From: an uncultured Candidatus Saccharibacteria bacterium | Lineage (GTDB): Bacteria > Patescibacteriota > Minisyncoccia > Phycocordibacterales > UBA9973 | Reading direction: 5' to 3' | DNA length: 64,000 nucleotides | Assembly: GCA_964527185.1 (NCBI GenBank) | Contig: CAZGOI010000002.1 | Span: 31,513 to 95,512, forward strand | Part shown: in pieces, positions 1 to 8,472 of the stretch | Layout: each line of letters begins with the position of its first letter | Position numbering within the stretch: the stretch's first letter is position 1 | Made by a program: the position numbers and the translations under genes | Notes under the pieces: model-generated | Databases searched by the model: none | What the model was told of the DNA's origin: nothing | What the model saw: the letters and a program-made list of their open reading frames with translations, nothing else

Positions 1-696
1 GCCAAAGCCGAGTTCTTTGTTCAACTCCCTTGAGAATTTAATAATTTCTTCCCTGATAGCATTGCCACGTGGAGTAAAAAGTGGCATGCCGACCCCAACC
101 ATATCGGAAAATGTAAACAGATCAAATTCGCGGCCGAGTTTTCGATGATCGCGTTTTTTTGCTTCCTCTTGTTGGGCGGCATATTTGTCTAGGTCAGCCT
201 TTGTCTCAAATGCCAGACCATAAATACGAGTCAACATTTTATTTTTCTCATCGCCTCGCCAATAAGCGCCGGCGATGCGGTCGAGCCTGAAGGAATCTGG
301 GGCGATATCTCTGCTCGGGTTTTCTGTATGACCACCACGGCACAGATCGGTAAAATCCCCCGAAGTATATAGGGTTATCTCTTCGCCCTTCTTTGCTATT
401 TCATTTATCAATTCCTCTTTGTATTCGTTGCCCTTAAATATTTTCTTCGCTTCTTTTTCGCTGACAACTTGCTTTTCAAAAGAATTCCAAGTTTTTAGTA
501 GTTCGCGCATTTTACCCTCGATTTTTTCAAGGTCTTGATCAGTGACTTTGCCAGCAACGTCGATATCGTAATAGAAGCCATCATCGATAGCCGGGCCAAG
601 AGTTAGTTTCGAATCTGGAAATAGTTCCATGACTGATGCCCCGAGTAGGTGGGCCAAAGAATGCCTGATGTGAGCCAATTTTTCCGTATTTTCCAT
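1..696 (-). CDS. thrS: Threonyl-tRNA synthetase, N-terminal part. The start codon is at 694-696 and the CDS runs off the window start.
   Basis: Minus-strand translation from 696 gives MENTEKLAHIRHSLAHLLGASVMELFPDSKL and later KKRDHRKLGREFDLFTFSDMVGVGMPLF. These match the HxxxH editing-like motif and the RDHRKLGxExDLF motif of ThrRS. The frame stays open to position 1. Confidence 0.8.
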   Translation of the reverse strand, partial: MENTEKLAHIRHSLAHLLGASVMELFPDSKLTLGPAIDDGFYYDIDVAGKVTDQDLEKIEGKMRELLKTWNSFEKQVVSEKEAKKIFKGNEYKEELINEIAKKGEEITLYTSGDFTDLCRGGHTENPSRDIAPDSFRLDRIAGAYWRGDEKNKMLTRIYGLAFETKADLDKYAAQQEEAKKRDHRKLGREFDLFTFSDMVGVGMPLFTPRGNAIREEIIKFSRELNKELGFG

Positions 697-726
697 GAAC
701 CAATAATAACATAAAAACCTTTATAT

Positions 727-754
727 TTGCATTTTCTTTAAAAATCGCTATACT
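727..754 (+). promoter_or_regulatory. Candidate sigma-70 promoter TTGCAT-16nt-TATACT for rpmF. The predicted TSS is about 761, so the 764 ATG would be leaderless.
   Basis: TTGCAT at 727-732 and TATACT at 749-754, seen directly in the sequence. The ATG at 764 lies 10 nt after the -10. Confidence 0.35.
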
Positions 755-763
755 AATCCTTGT

Positions 764-982
764 ATGGTAATACGAATGCGACATACACGTTCCCACACTG
801 GGAATCGAAGATCACACCACGCTCTGAAGGCAAAAGTCTTTGGGGTCTGTTCTAATTGCAAGCGCCCGACCGAGACGCATGTGGTCTGCAAGCATTGTGG
901 TTTCTACCGCGGCCGTAAGGTTATCGACGTGGTCAAGCGGGTAGAAAAGAAACAAGCCAAAGCGAAAGCAAAAAGCAAATAG
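764..982 (+). CDS. rpmF: 50S ribosomal protein L32
   Basis: RHTRSHTGNRRSHHAL followed by CxxC...CxxCG zinc-ribbon cysteines, which is the typical L32 signature. An alternative start at 776 (second Met) is possible. Confidence 0.8.
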   Translation: MVIRMRHTRSHTGNRRSHHALKAKVFGVCSNCKRPTETHVVCKHCGFYRGRKVIDVVKRVEKKQAKAKAKSK

Positions 983-1043
983 TATAAGGGCGTTTGATTA
1001 CTAATAAATAGTAACCAGCCGCGCTTAAGCTATACTAAAGTAT

Positions 1044-1955
1044 ATGGCAAACCGGCACCTTTCACGTTCAATAGTTCTCCAGACACTCTTCGAGTGGGAT
1101 TTTGGAGCAGAAAAAGAACTAACCCCCGAGCAAATGCTTGCTCGCAATATTGAAGAATTTGGTCCAGGACTCAACGATGGAGCCTTTATGACCAGTCTTT
1201 TCTCGGGAGTCATCAAGAAAAAAGCAATAATAAATGAAATCATAGAAAAAGCTGCGCCAGATTGGCCTATCGAAAAAATCTCTGTAGTCGATCGCAATAT
1301 TTTGCGCATCGGCCTCTACGAACTTCTTTTTGGCGACCGCAAAGAAGTCCCGCCAAAAGTTGCCATCAATGAAGCCATCGAACTCGCCAAAAGTTTTGGC
1401 GGCGAGAATTCGAGCAAATTCATCAACGGCGTCTTGGGTGGTGTCTATAAAGAAATAGGCGAGCCCGGCAAAGACGACGTTAGTAAAAAGAAAAAAAAGA
1501 AACCGATAGTTTTTGAAACCGACCCAGCCAAATTTCCGATCGAGAAAAAAGCCGGCGCTGTTATATATTCTAAACATGATGGGAAAATCTATTTTGGTTT
1601 CGTGCACGATGTCTTTGGCTACTGGACTCTTTCAAAAGGCGGTATCGAAGATGGGGAAGATATAGAAACTGGGGCAGTGAGAGAAATAAAAAAAGAACTA
1701 GGAATTGATGTAAAAATTATAGAAATGTTAGGACGAAATGAATATATTGCTACCCACCCAGAAAAAGGCAAAATTAAAAAGCAAGTAACTTTCTTTCTTG
1801 CAGAAGCTTCATACGGAGAGTTAACTTTACACAATAAATCTGGCGGTCTCGACGATGCCAAATGGTTTCCGCTCGATGAAATTACCAACTTAAAAATGTA
1901 CGAAAATATGATACCACTTCTATCAAAAGCGGTTCAAATAGTCACAAAAAAATAA
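1044..1955 (+). CDS. nusB: NusB-like transcription antitermination domain (about aa 1-140) fused through a KKKKKK linker to a C-terminal NUDIX hydrolase domain
   Basis: The N-terminal half (LSRSIVLQTLFEWDF...RNILRIGLYELLF...AINEAIELAKSFGGENSSKFINGVLGGV) is NusB-like. The C-terminal half carries a Nudix box, GGIEDGEDIETGAVREIKKELGI, fitting Gx5Ex7REUxEExGU with one K substitution. Both halves lie in one uninterrupted ORF. Confidence 0.8.
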   Translation: MANRHLSRSIVLQTLFEWDFGAEKELTPEQMLARNIEEFGPGLNDGAFMTSLFSGVIKKKAIINEIIEKAAPDWPIEKISVVDRNILRIGLYELLFGDRKEVPPKVAINEAIELAKSFGGENSSKFINGVLGGVYKEIGEPGKDDVSKKKKKKPIVFETDPAKFPIEKKAGAVIYSKHDGKIYFGFVHDVFGYWTLSKGGIEDGEDIETGAVREIKKELGIDVKIIEMLGRNEYIATHPEKGKIKKQVTFFLAEASYGELTLHNKSGGLDDAKWFPLDEITNLKMYENMIPLLSKAVQIVTKK

Positions 1956-1965
1956 CAATCAACCT

Positions 1966-2661
1966 ATGATCGACCTAAGTGAATTTGAAAAAAAGACAAA
2001 CATAATATTCAAAGATAAAAAACTTCTCGAACAAGCGTTTATTCACCGTTCTTATATAAACGAAAACAACGGTTCGCGTCTGTCCCACAACGAACGCCTA
2101 GAATTTCTTGGCGATGCGGTGCTCGAACTCATAATTACCGATTATTTATTTAAAAAATACCCGAGCCACGATGAAGGCGAGCTGACAGCTTACCGGTCGG
2201 CCCTTGTCAATGCCGTACTCATTAGCGAAGTCGCCCAATCGCTCGGCATGAATGACTACCTGATGCTTTCAAAAGGCGAGGCCAAAGATTCCGGTCGAGC
2301 TCGAAACTATATCTTGGCCAATACCTATGAGGCTTATGTCGGCGCGGTATATCTTGACCAAGGTTACGACAAGGCTCGGGGCTTTATCGCGCAAACACTC
2401 TTTGACAAAATAGACGCCATCGTTGCCAAGAAGCTCTGGCGCGACGCCAAGAGCTTGATTCAAGAGAAAGCCCAAGAACACACTAGCCTCACCCCGTCAT
2501 ACAAAGTCTTGAACGAATCTGGCCCCGACCACGACAAGCATTTTACTATCGGGGTTTATTTTGGCGATGAGCTCATCGCTTCCGGCAAGGGCAAGTCTAA
2601 ACAAGAAGCCGAACAAATGGCGGCCAGAAACGCATTAGAAATTAAAAACTGGATAGATTAA
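1966..2661 (+). CDS. rnc: Ribonuclease III
   Basis: The RNase III signature ERLEFLGDAVLEL is present, followed by a C-terminal dsRBD (GPDHDKHFTIGVYFGDELIASGKGKSKQEAEQMAA). Confidence 0.9.
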   Translation: MIDLSEFEKKTNIIFKDKKLLEQAFIHRSYINENNGSRLSHNERLEFLGDAVLELIITDYLFKKYPSHDEGELTAYRSALVNAVLISEVAQSLGMNDYLMLSKGEAKDSGRARNYILANTYEAYVGAVYLDQGYDKARGFIAQTLFDKIDAIVAKKLWRDAKSLIQEKAQEHTSLTPSYKVLNESGPDHDKHFTIGVYFGDELIASGKGKSKQEAEQMAARNALEIKNWID

Positions 2662-2662
2662 G

Positions 2663-4933
2663 ATGACACTTCGCTCAATAGAACTTTCTGGTTTTAAATC
2701 TTTCGGCCGCAAGAGCTTAGTTTCTTTCACAACTCCGATCACGGCTATCGTTGGACCAAACGGTTCAGGCAAGTCAAACATCGTCGAAGCGATTCGCTTT
2801 GTTTTGGGTGAGCAATCTATGAAGTCGCTCCGTGGTAAAGGCGGGGTCGACCTGATATTTAAGGGTTCAAAAACTCTGTCTTCAGCCAACCACGCCAAAG
2901 TTGAAATTACTTTTGATAATACAAAGAAAATTTTTTCATTCTCGTCTGCCGATTGGCGCACCAATCTATCACTATCGCTCGACTATGACGAAGTCACCAT
3001 CGCTCGCGAAGTTTTTTCCGATGGCGCAAATAAATACAGCATCAACAATACAGAAGTTAGATTAAAAGATGTCATCGACCTACTTTCATCTGTCAACATC
3101 GGTAGTTCTGGCCACCACATCATATCCCAGGGCGAGGCCGATCGCGTACTCAACGCTTCAAACAAAGATCGTCGGGCGATGATCGAAGACGCGCTCGGTC
3201 TCAAAATCTACCAATACCGCATTCGCGAAGCCGAGAGGAAGCTCGACAAAACAAATATAAATATGAAAGAAGCCCAAGCTTCACGCCGAGAACTGGCGCC
3301 ACACTTGGCGTTCCTTAAAAAACAAGTTCAAGTTTTAGAAAGGGCTCGCGAAATGAGAGACAGTTTGAAAGATTTGTATAAAGAATATTTGTCTAAAGAA
3401 TCGACCTACGTTTTGTCTGAGACCAATAAATTAAAAGAAAAAAGGCACGAGTTTGAAAAAAAATATAAATCTCTCGATGGAGAAATTTCAAAAATCCAAA
3501 AAGAAAAAAATACGCCAGATACAGGGACTGCCCATGCAAAAGAAATAAAAGAACACGAAGGGGATCTGGTGCTACTTAGATCTTCAAAAGACGAATTGGC
3601 TCGTAAACTCGGACGGATCGAAGGAATATTAGAAACTCTAGAAAAAGAACTCTCTAGCGATGACGCTAAAAATGACGAGGGTTCAATCCCAATTAAGGAA
3701 TGGCAAAGTTTTGTCTATGATTTGAAGGCTCAAATCGACCAAGCAATGAAGCTTGAAACCTTACCTTCGGTCATTGATATACTTGGAAAAATAAAAAAGA
3801 GTCTCGATGCTCTAGAAGGCGGCGCCAAAAACAATGATAAGAAAAATAATTTAGAAAGCGAATACAAAGAAATTAAAAAAACTAAAGACGAGATACAAGA
3901 AGAGTTGGACAAAATCACCAAAGAAGAAGAACTCATATCGCTCAACATTGCGACCCTACGTGCCAGAGAAAAAGAAATGGAGCTTGGTTTGCGCGAGAGC
4001 GAGCGAGCCCTCTATGAACTTATGGGTGAGCGGAGTGAAATCAATTCTGGTATTCAAGCGCTTTCTTTCGAGGAAGAAAAATTGACCATGATCACAAACG
4101 CTCTCGAGGCAGAACTATATGAAGCAAATGTTTTGGTTGGCAGCGAAGTCGTCGATTTCAAAAATATTAAAACAGAAGACGAGATTTCTCGCGCCAGTCA
4201 AGAAGAGCTTAAGAAAAAAATTGAACGCATAAAAATAAAACTCGAAGACACTGGTTCGGGCTCTGGCGCCGACCTGATGAAAGAATACCAGGAGACCGAA
4301 AACCGAGACCAATTCCTAGCGCGCGAGATTACAGATCTAAACAAGGGCGTCGAGGATTGCCGGCTACTTATACGTGAATTAAAAGAAACTCTAGACAATG
4401 AATTCAAAGACGGAGTCGAAAAGATAAATAAACAATTCCAAGAATTTTTTGCTTTGATGTTCGGTGGCGGTTCGGCATTTTTGTCTGTCGTTATCGAGCA
4501 CAAGAAATCAAAATCGCCGAGTGAAGATGAAGAGTTTGAAGTCGAAGAAGAATCCTTAGACGGTGAGGAAGGTTTTGAACGGGGGATCGAGATCAATGTC
4601 ACCCTGCCCCACAAGAAAGTCAAAGACCTGCACATGCTCTCTGGCGGCGAACGGTCGCTCGCCTCGATCGCGCTTTTGTTTGCAATCTCCCAAGTCAACC
4701 CACCGCCATTTTTGGTGCTCGATGAAACCGACGCCGCGCTCGATGAAGCCAATTCACGCAAATATGGCAATATGCTCGAGAGCCTTTCAAAATATTCAGA
4801 ACTGATCGTCGTCACCCACAATCGCGAGACGATGTCGCGGGCCCAAGTGCTCTATGGCGTCACGATGGATTCTTCTGGTGTTTCAAAATTGCTGTCGATC
4901 CATCTCGAAGAAGCAAACACCTATGCAAAATAG
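2663..4933 (+). CDS. smc: SMC-family chromosome segregation ATPase, shortened to 756 aa
   Basis: Walker A at the N-terminus (GPNGSGKSN), long coiled-coil-like K/E-rich middle, and at the C-terminus the signature LSGGERSLASIALLFA plus Walker B LVLDETDAALD. The gene sits directly after rnc, as in the rnc-smc arrangement known from Firmicutes. Confidence 0.75.
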   Translation: MTLRSIELSGFKSFGRKSLVSFTTPITAIVGPNGSGKSNIVEAIRFVLGEQSMKSLRGKGGVDLIFKGSKTLSSANHAKVEITFDNTKKIFSFSSADWRTNLSLSLDYDEVTIAREVFSDGANKYSINNTEVRLKDVIDLLSSVNIGSSGHHIISQGEADRVLNASNKDRRAMIEDALGLKIYQYRIREAERKLDKTNINMKEAQASRRELAPHLAFLKKQVQVLERAREMRDSLKDLYKEYLSKESTYVLSETNKLKEKRHEFEKKYKSLDGEISKIQKEKNTPDTGTAHAKEIKEHEGDLVLLRSSKDELARKLGRIEGILETLEKELSSDDAKNDEGSIPIKEWQSFVYDLKAQIDQAMKLETLPSVIDILGKIKKSLDALEGGAKNNDKKNNLESEYKEIKKTKDEIQEELDKITKEEELISLNIATLRAREKEMELGLRESERALYELMGERSEINSGIQALSFEEEKLTMITNALEAELYEANVLVGSEVVDFKNIKTEDEISRASQEELKKKIERIKIKLEDTGSGSGADLMKEYQETENRDQFLAREITDLNKGVEDCRLLIRELKETLDNEFKDGVEKINKQFQEFFALMFGGGSAFLSVVIEHKKSKSPSEDEEFEVEEESLDGEEGFERGIEINVTLPHKKVKDLHMLSGGERSLASIALLFAISQVNPPPFLVLDETDAALDEANSRKYGNMLESLSKYSELIVVTHNRETMSRAQVLYGVTMDSSGVSKLLSIHLEEANTYAK

Positions 4934-4941
4934 ATTTTTAC

Positions 4942-5634
4942 CTAGTTTTTAATTTGATTGGGGTCTACAAATGAATAACCTTTTCCTTCAAGGTCAGTCA
5001 GTAGGTCGTCTAGGTATTTGACGGTCCACGGGTGTTCGTGGATGAGCAAGATCTCGCCACTATGCAGTCCCTTGTCTACATTGCTCAAGAAAATTTTTTC
5101 ATCTTTCGTGTTTGTTTCCCAGTCTTTGGCTGCCCCAGACCAATTCATAGATATCATACCTTCTTTTTTAACTAAACTCCTGACAAATTTTGTCGACATT
5201 CCATAAGGTGGACGAAAAAATTTCGAGTTCGAGCCAGTTTCCTTTTTTATCAATTCATTGTTGCTATCTATTTCGCCTATTACAGCATTTGCGTCTTTAA
5301 TTTTTTGCAAATTTTTATGATCCCAGGTATGGTTGCCGATTACAAATCCAGCGTCGTATAGCATTTTGATATTTCCTTGGTTGTCTTTATCGTGAATGCC
5401 ATTGATAAAAAATATTGCTTTGGTATTGTGTTTGTTTAAAATTTGCACGACATCATTATCGGCTTTGTTTGGGCCGTCGTCGATCGTTATCAGGATAAAT
5501 TTTCCGTTTGTCGTTTTGTCGTTTGGTACTAGGTCGAAATTTTTATTGACATGGAAAGTGCTCGCGGCGTATGTTTTTGCCCCGAACCCAAGCACCAACA
5601 CTAAAAATAAAATTTTCTTTGTATAGTTTTTCAT
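4942..5634 (-). CDS. Secreted polysaccharide deacetylase (NodB-homology/CE4 family)
   Basis: N-terminal signal peptide, then TIDDGP and GNHTWDH motifs matching the CE4 Asp-Asp and His-His metal-binding motifs. Confidence 0.8.
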   Translation of the reverse strand: MKNYTKKILFLVLVLGFGAKTYAASTFHVNKNFDLVPNDKTTNGKFILITIDDGPNKADNDVVQILNKHNTKAIFFINGIHDKDNQGNIKMLYDAGFVIGNHTWDHKNLQKIKDANAVIGEIDSNNELIKKETGSNSKFFRPPYGMSTKFVRSLVKKEGMISMNWSGAAKDWETNTKDEKIFLSNVDKGLHSGEILLIHEHPWTVKYLDDLLTDLEGKGYSFVDPNQIKN

Positions 5635-5635
5635 A

Positions 5636-7600
5636 TTAAACCAATTGGTAATCTATCGTTTTCTTGTTCCTGTCGACGCCCTTGACCACGAATTTAACCT
5701 TGTCTCCCAGGGTGTACTTTCGGTGAGTTTTGCGACCGCGAATGCTCATGTATTTTTTTTCAAATTCATAGTAATCGTCTTTCAAGTCTCGCATTCTCAC
5801 CATGCCCTCGCATTTAGTATTCTCTTCTTCTATATATAGACCCCACTCGGTTACACCAGTAATGATACCACCAAATGTCTTGCCGACCCGACTCGACATG
5901 TATTCAACCTGTTTATATTTTATAGACTCTCGTTCGGCTTCGGCCGCTTCTTTTTCTCGCTGCGATGCTTCGCTACTCATTTCTTCATATTCATACCAAC
6001 GCTCCCTCGGCATTGTTTTTTTCTTTAGATACATAAAAAGCAATCTATGGACGATGATATCTGGATACCGACGAATTGGGGAAGTGAAGTGGGTGTAGAA
6101 TTTGAAACCGAGTCCATAGTGCCCGATGTTTTTTGTCGAATAAATCGCCTTGGCCATCGTCCTGATGATGATGCTGTGGACTGTATCTCGGAGTGGGTTG
6201 TGTTCGAGTTTGCCGATGAGAGCATTTATTTCCTCGGGCGGAATAATTCCATCCTTCAGTCGCATTTGGTAGCCCAAGCGCCGCAGGAATGTCACCAGAT
6301 CTTTCATTTTTTCTTTATCTGGCAGGTCGTGGATGCGATAAAGAAATACTCCTTGCGCTCCTTTTTTAGGCGACATATATTCAGCCACCCGTCTATTGGC
6401 CAAAAGCATGAATTCCTCAATCAATTTGTTGGTGTCGCTTCTTTCTTTGGTGAAGACTTCAAGCGGGACACCATTTTTATCGAGTTTGAATTTAACTTCT
6501 TCTTGCTCAAGTATTATTGCGCCTTCGCTAAATCTTTTCTTGCCCAATTTTTTTGCAATATTGTTTAAGGTTGAAAGTTCGGTATACATTGGTCCACGTC
6601 CCACGTCGATGATTTTTTGGGCGTTCTCGTAGGTAAATCTTTTATCTGAATGTATGACCGTCTTGCCAAACCACTCACTCCTGATGTGGCCATGAGCATC
6701 CATTTCAAATACTACCGAGAATGTCAATCGATCGACGTCTGGGTTTAGACTGCACAAATCGTTTGAAAGTTCTTCTGGTAGCATTGGTATTGTGCGGTCA
6801 ACAAGGTAGACCGATGTTCCGCGGACTCGAGCTTCATCGTCGAGAGCTGTGCCGGGCTGCACATAGTGCGAGACATCGGCGATGTGAATGCCGATTTCAA
6901 AATGACCACCATTTAATTTTCTAAACGATATAGCATCGTCGAAATCTTTGGCGTCTTCGGGGTCGATCGTAAATGTCGTAACCTTGCGCATGTCGCGACG
7001 ACTATGAAAATCAGCCTCCTTTATTCCTTGCTTGGCGATGGCCTTAGCTTCCTTCAAAACATCTGCTGGAAACGTCGAATCAAAACCTTTTTCAAGCGCA
7101 ATCGCCTGCATTTCTGCATCGTGCTCCATCGGCAGGCCGAGTATTTTTGAAACTTCACCGACCGGCGCTTTCTTGGCGTCGTGCCAGTCTGTTATCTTGA
7201 CGAAAACTTTCTGCCCGATTTTTGCTCCGCCGAGTTTTTCTTTTGGTATGACGATGTCGGCGTACATCTTTAGATCGCTCGGGGCCAAGAAATACGTGCC
7301 GTGCTCTTCTTCGATCGTGCCAGCAAAACCTTTCTTAGACCTCCGTAAAATTTCTAGAACCTCGCCAGTCTGTTCGCCACCTCTTTTTGCCGGGTGCAAT
7401 ACGACCCTTACCATATCGCCATTTGTACCTGTGCGCAGAAAGTTGTGATCGATCTCGATTATTTCATTGGTGTGGCGAATTCGCACAGAACCAGAACCTT
7501 GGTGGTTTATGTGCAAAATGCCTTCGACCATTCTAGTCGAATGCTTTATTTGATCACTTTTCTTTTTCTTGAAATCCCTTCTACTTTTAACTTTTTTCAC
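5636..7600 (-). CDS. rnr: Ribonuclease R / RNase II-family 3'-5' exoribonuclease
   Basis: RNB-domain motif HFTSPIRRYPDIIVHR, an N-terminal cold-shock/OB region and a C-terminal S1-like region (GKTFGGIITGVTEWGLYIEE). Length 654 aa. Confidence 0.85.
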   Translation of the reverse strand: MKKVKSRRDFKKKKSDQIKHSTRMVEGILHINHQGSGSVRIRHTNEIIEIDHNFLRTGTNGDMVRVVLHPAKRGGEQTGEVLEILRRSKKGFAGTIEEEHGTYFLAPSDLKMYADIVIPKEKLGGAKIGQKVFVKITDWHDAKKAPVGEVSKILGLPMEHDAEMQAIALEKGFDSTFPADVLKEAKAIAKQGIKEADFHSRRDMRKVTTFTIDPEDAKDFDDAISFRKLNGGHFEIGIHIADVSHYVQPGTALDDEARVRGTSVYLVDRTIPMLPEELSNDLCSLNPDVDRLTFSVVFEMDAHGHIRSEWFGKTVIHSDKRFTYENAQKIIDVGRGPMYTELSTLNNIAKKLGKKRFSEGAIILEQEEVKFKLDKNGVPLEVFTKERSDTNKLIEEFMLLANRRVAEYMSPKKGAQGVFLYRIHDLPDKEKMKDLVTFLRRLGYQMRLKDGIIPPEEINALIGKLEHNPLRDTVHSIIIRTMAKAIYSTKNIGHYGLGFKFYTHFTSPIRRYPDIIVHRLLFMYLKKKTMPRERWYEYEEMSSEASQREKEAAEAERESIKYKQVEYMSSRVGKTFGGIITGVTEWGLYIEEENTKCEGMVRMRDLKDDYYEFEKKYMSIRGRKTHRKYTLGDKVKFVVKGVDRNKKTIDYQLV

Positions 7601-7632
7601 AAGTAGAGTATAACACAGCCAAAACCGCAGGC

Positions 7633-7661
7633 TTGATATGAAAAAATCTTTATGCTAGCAT
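7633..7661 (+). promoter_or_regulatory. Candidate promoter TTGATA-17nt-TAGCAT with TGn (extended -10) for rpsP. The -10 sits inside the palindrome TATGCTAGCATA, and the predicted TSS coincides with the rpsP ATG at 7668 (leaderless).
   Basis: TTGATA at 7633-7638 and TGCTAGCAT at 7653-7661, seen directly. The ATG lies 7 nt after the hexamer. Confidence 0.35.
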
Positions 7662-7667
7662 AGCCTT

Positions 7668-7973
7668 ATGCTAAAAATACGATTACAGAGAATAGGTCGC
7701 AAAAATGATGCCTCTTTCCGTCTGGTTTTGACCGATTCAAAGAATTCAACCAAGAGCGGCCGATTTAAAGAAATTCTCGGTTCATACAATATAAAGAGCG
7801 GGGAAGCAGCTTTCAAAGCTGACCGCATTTCCTATTGGATGGGTCATGGCGCCAAAGCGACCGGGACTGTCCACAATTTTCTAGTCAGCAAGAAGATCAT
7901 TGATAGTAAGAAGAAAAATGTTCTGTCTCGTAAATCTCCAACCAAGGCTCGTAAAGAGCTCAAAAAAGCATAG
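7668..7973 (+). CDS. rpsP: 30S ribosomal protein S16
   Basis: MLKIRLQRIGRKNDASFRLVLTDSKNSTKSGRFKEILGSYN and DRISYWMGHGAKATGTV align with the canonical S16 N-terminus MVKIRLxRxGxKKRPFYRIVVxDSRSPRDGRFIE. Confidence 0.9.
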   Translation: MLKIRLQRIGRKNDASFRLVLTDSKNSTKSGRFKEILGSYNIKSGEAAFKADRISYWMGHGAKATGTVHNFLVSKKIIDSKKKNVLSRKSPTKARKELKKA

Positions 7974-7976
7974 TAA

Positions 7977-8006
7977 TTGCGGTTTGCAATATTGCTGTGA
8001 TATAAT
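7977..8006 (+). promoter_or_regulatory. Candidate internal promoter TTGCGG-18nt-TGaTATAAT upstream of khpA
   Basis: TTGCGG at 7977-7982 and TATAAT at 8001-8006, preceded by TG at 7998-7999. Confidence 0.3.
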
Positions 8007-8073
8007 CTACCTAGGCAGGTTGTAGTCGATACACTGCAGAAGTTTAAGAATAATTGAAAAGAAAATATTAGAT

Positions 8074-8403
8074 ATGGCAGACGATAAAGCATTTCTAGAA
8101 TACATTGTTAAAGCACTGGTTGACCATCCAGAAGATGTAAAGATCGATCGCACAGTCGACGAAATGGGTGTCCTCATCACTATGACAGTCAACGGCGCAG
8201 ACATGGGCAAGATTATCGGTCGGCAGGGCAACACCGCCAAAGCGATCCGCACCCTTCTTCGAGTCATCGGTATGAAGAACAACGCTCGTGTAAATCTAAA
8301 AATAAATGAACCAGAAGGTAGCACCAGACCACAAGCAACACCAAACTCGGGCGAAGCTTCACGATCAGTCGACGCCGCCCTCGAAGACCTAAAAGGAATT
8401 TAA
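8074..8403 (+). CDS. khpA: KH-domain RNA-binding protein (KhpA/YlqC-like)
   Basis: VKALVDHPEDVKI...DMGKIIGRQGNTAKAIRTLLRV, a KH GxxG-type motif. It sits between rpsP and trmD as in many bacteria. It carries a Pro/Ser-rich C-terminal tail. Confidence 0.7.
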   Translation: MADDKAFLEYIVKALVDHPEDVKIDRTVDEMGVLITMTVNGADMGKIIGRQGNTAKAIRTLLRVIGMKNNARVNLKINEPEGSTRPQATPNSGEASRSVDAALEDLKGI

Positions 8404-8412
8404 ATAAAAATC

Positions 8413-8437
8413 AAAAAACCGCCAAGGCGGTTTTTTG
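8413..8437 (+). terminator. Rho-independent terminator after khpA: CCGCC-AA-GGCGG hairpin between an A-tract and a T-tract
   Basis: aaaaaaCCGCCaaGGCGGtttttt, seen directly in the sequence. Confidence 0.6.
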
Positions 8438-8472
8438 ATTGCACGAGCAGTGGTTTGTGCTATATTAACTTT

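Noticed and set aside
1489-1502. A/G-rich homopolymeric run (aaagaaaaaaaagaaa) in the NusB-Nudix linker, considered as an assembly frameshift that artificially fuses two genes.
   Set aside because: The frame is continuous and the linker encodes a plausible KKKKKK spacer. Without reads it cannot be called an error. It is flagged only as a check in the corresponding finding.
4198-4821. 207-aa antisense ORF inside smc. Similar shadow ORFs lie inside rnr (6047-6568 +), uvrA (36049-36933 -) and tsf/rpsB (26441-27247 +).
   Set aside because: They overlap well-supported genes on the other strand and have Ser-rich, low-complexity translations. They are not credible coding regions.
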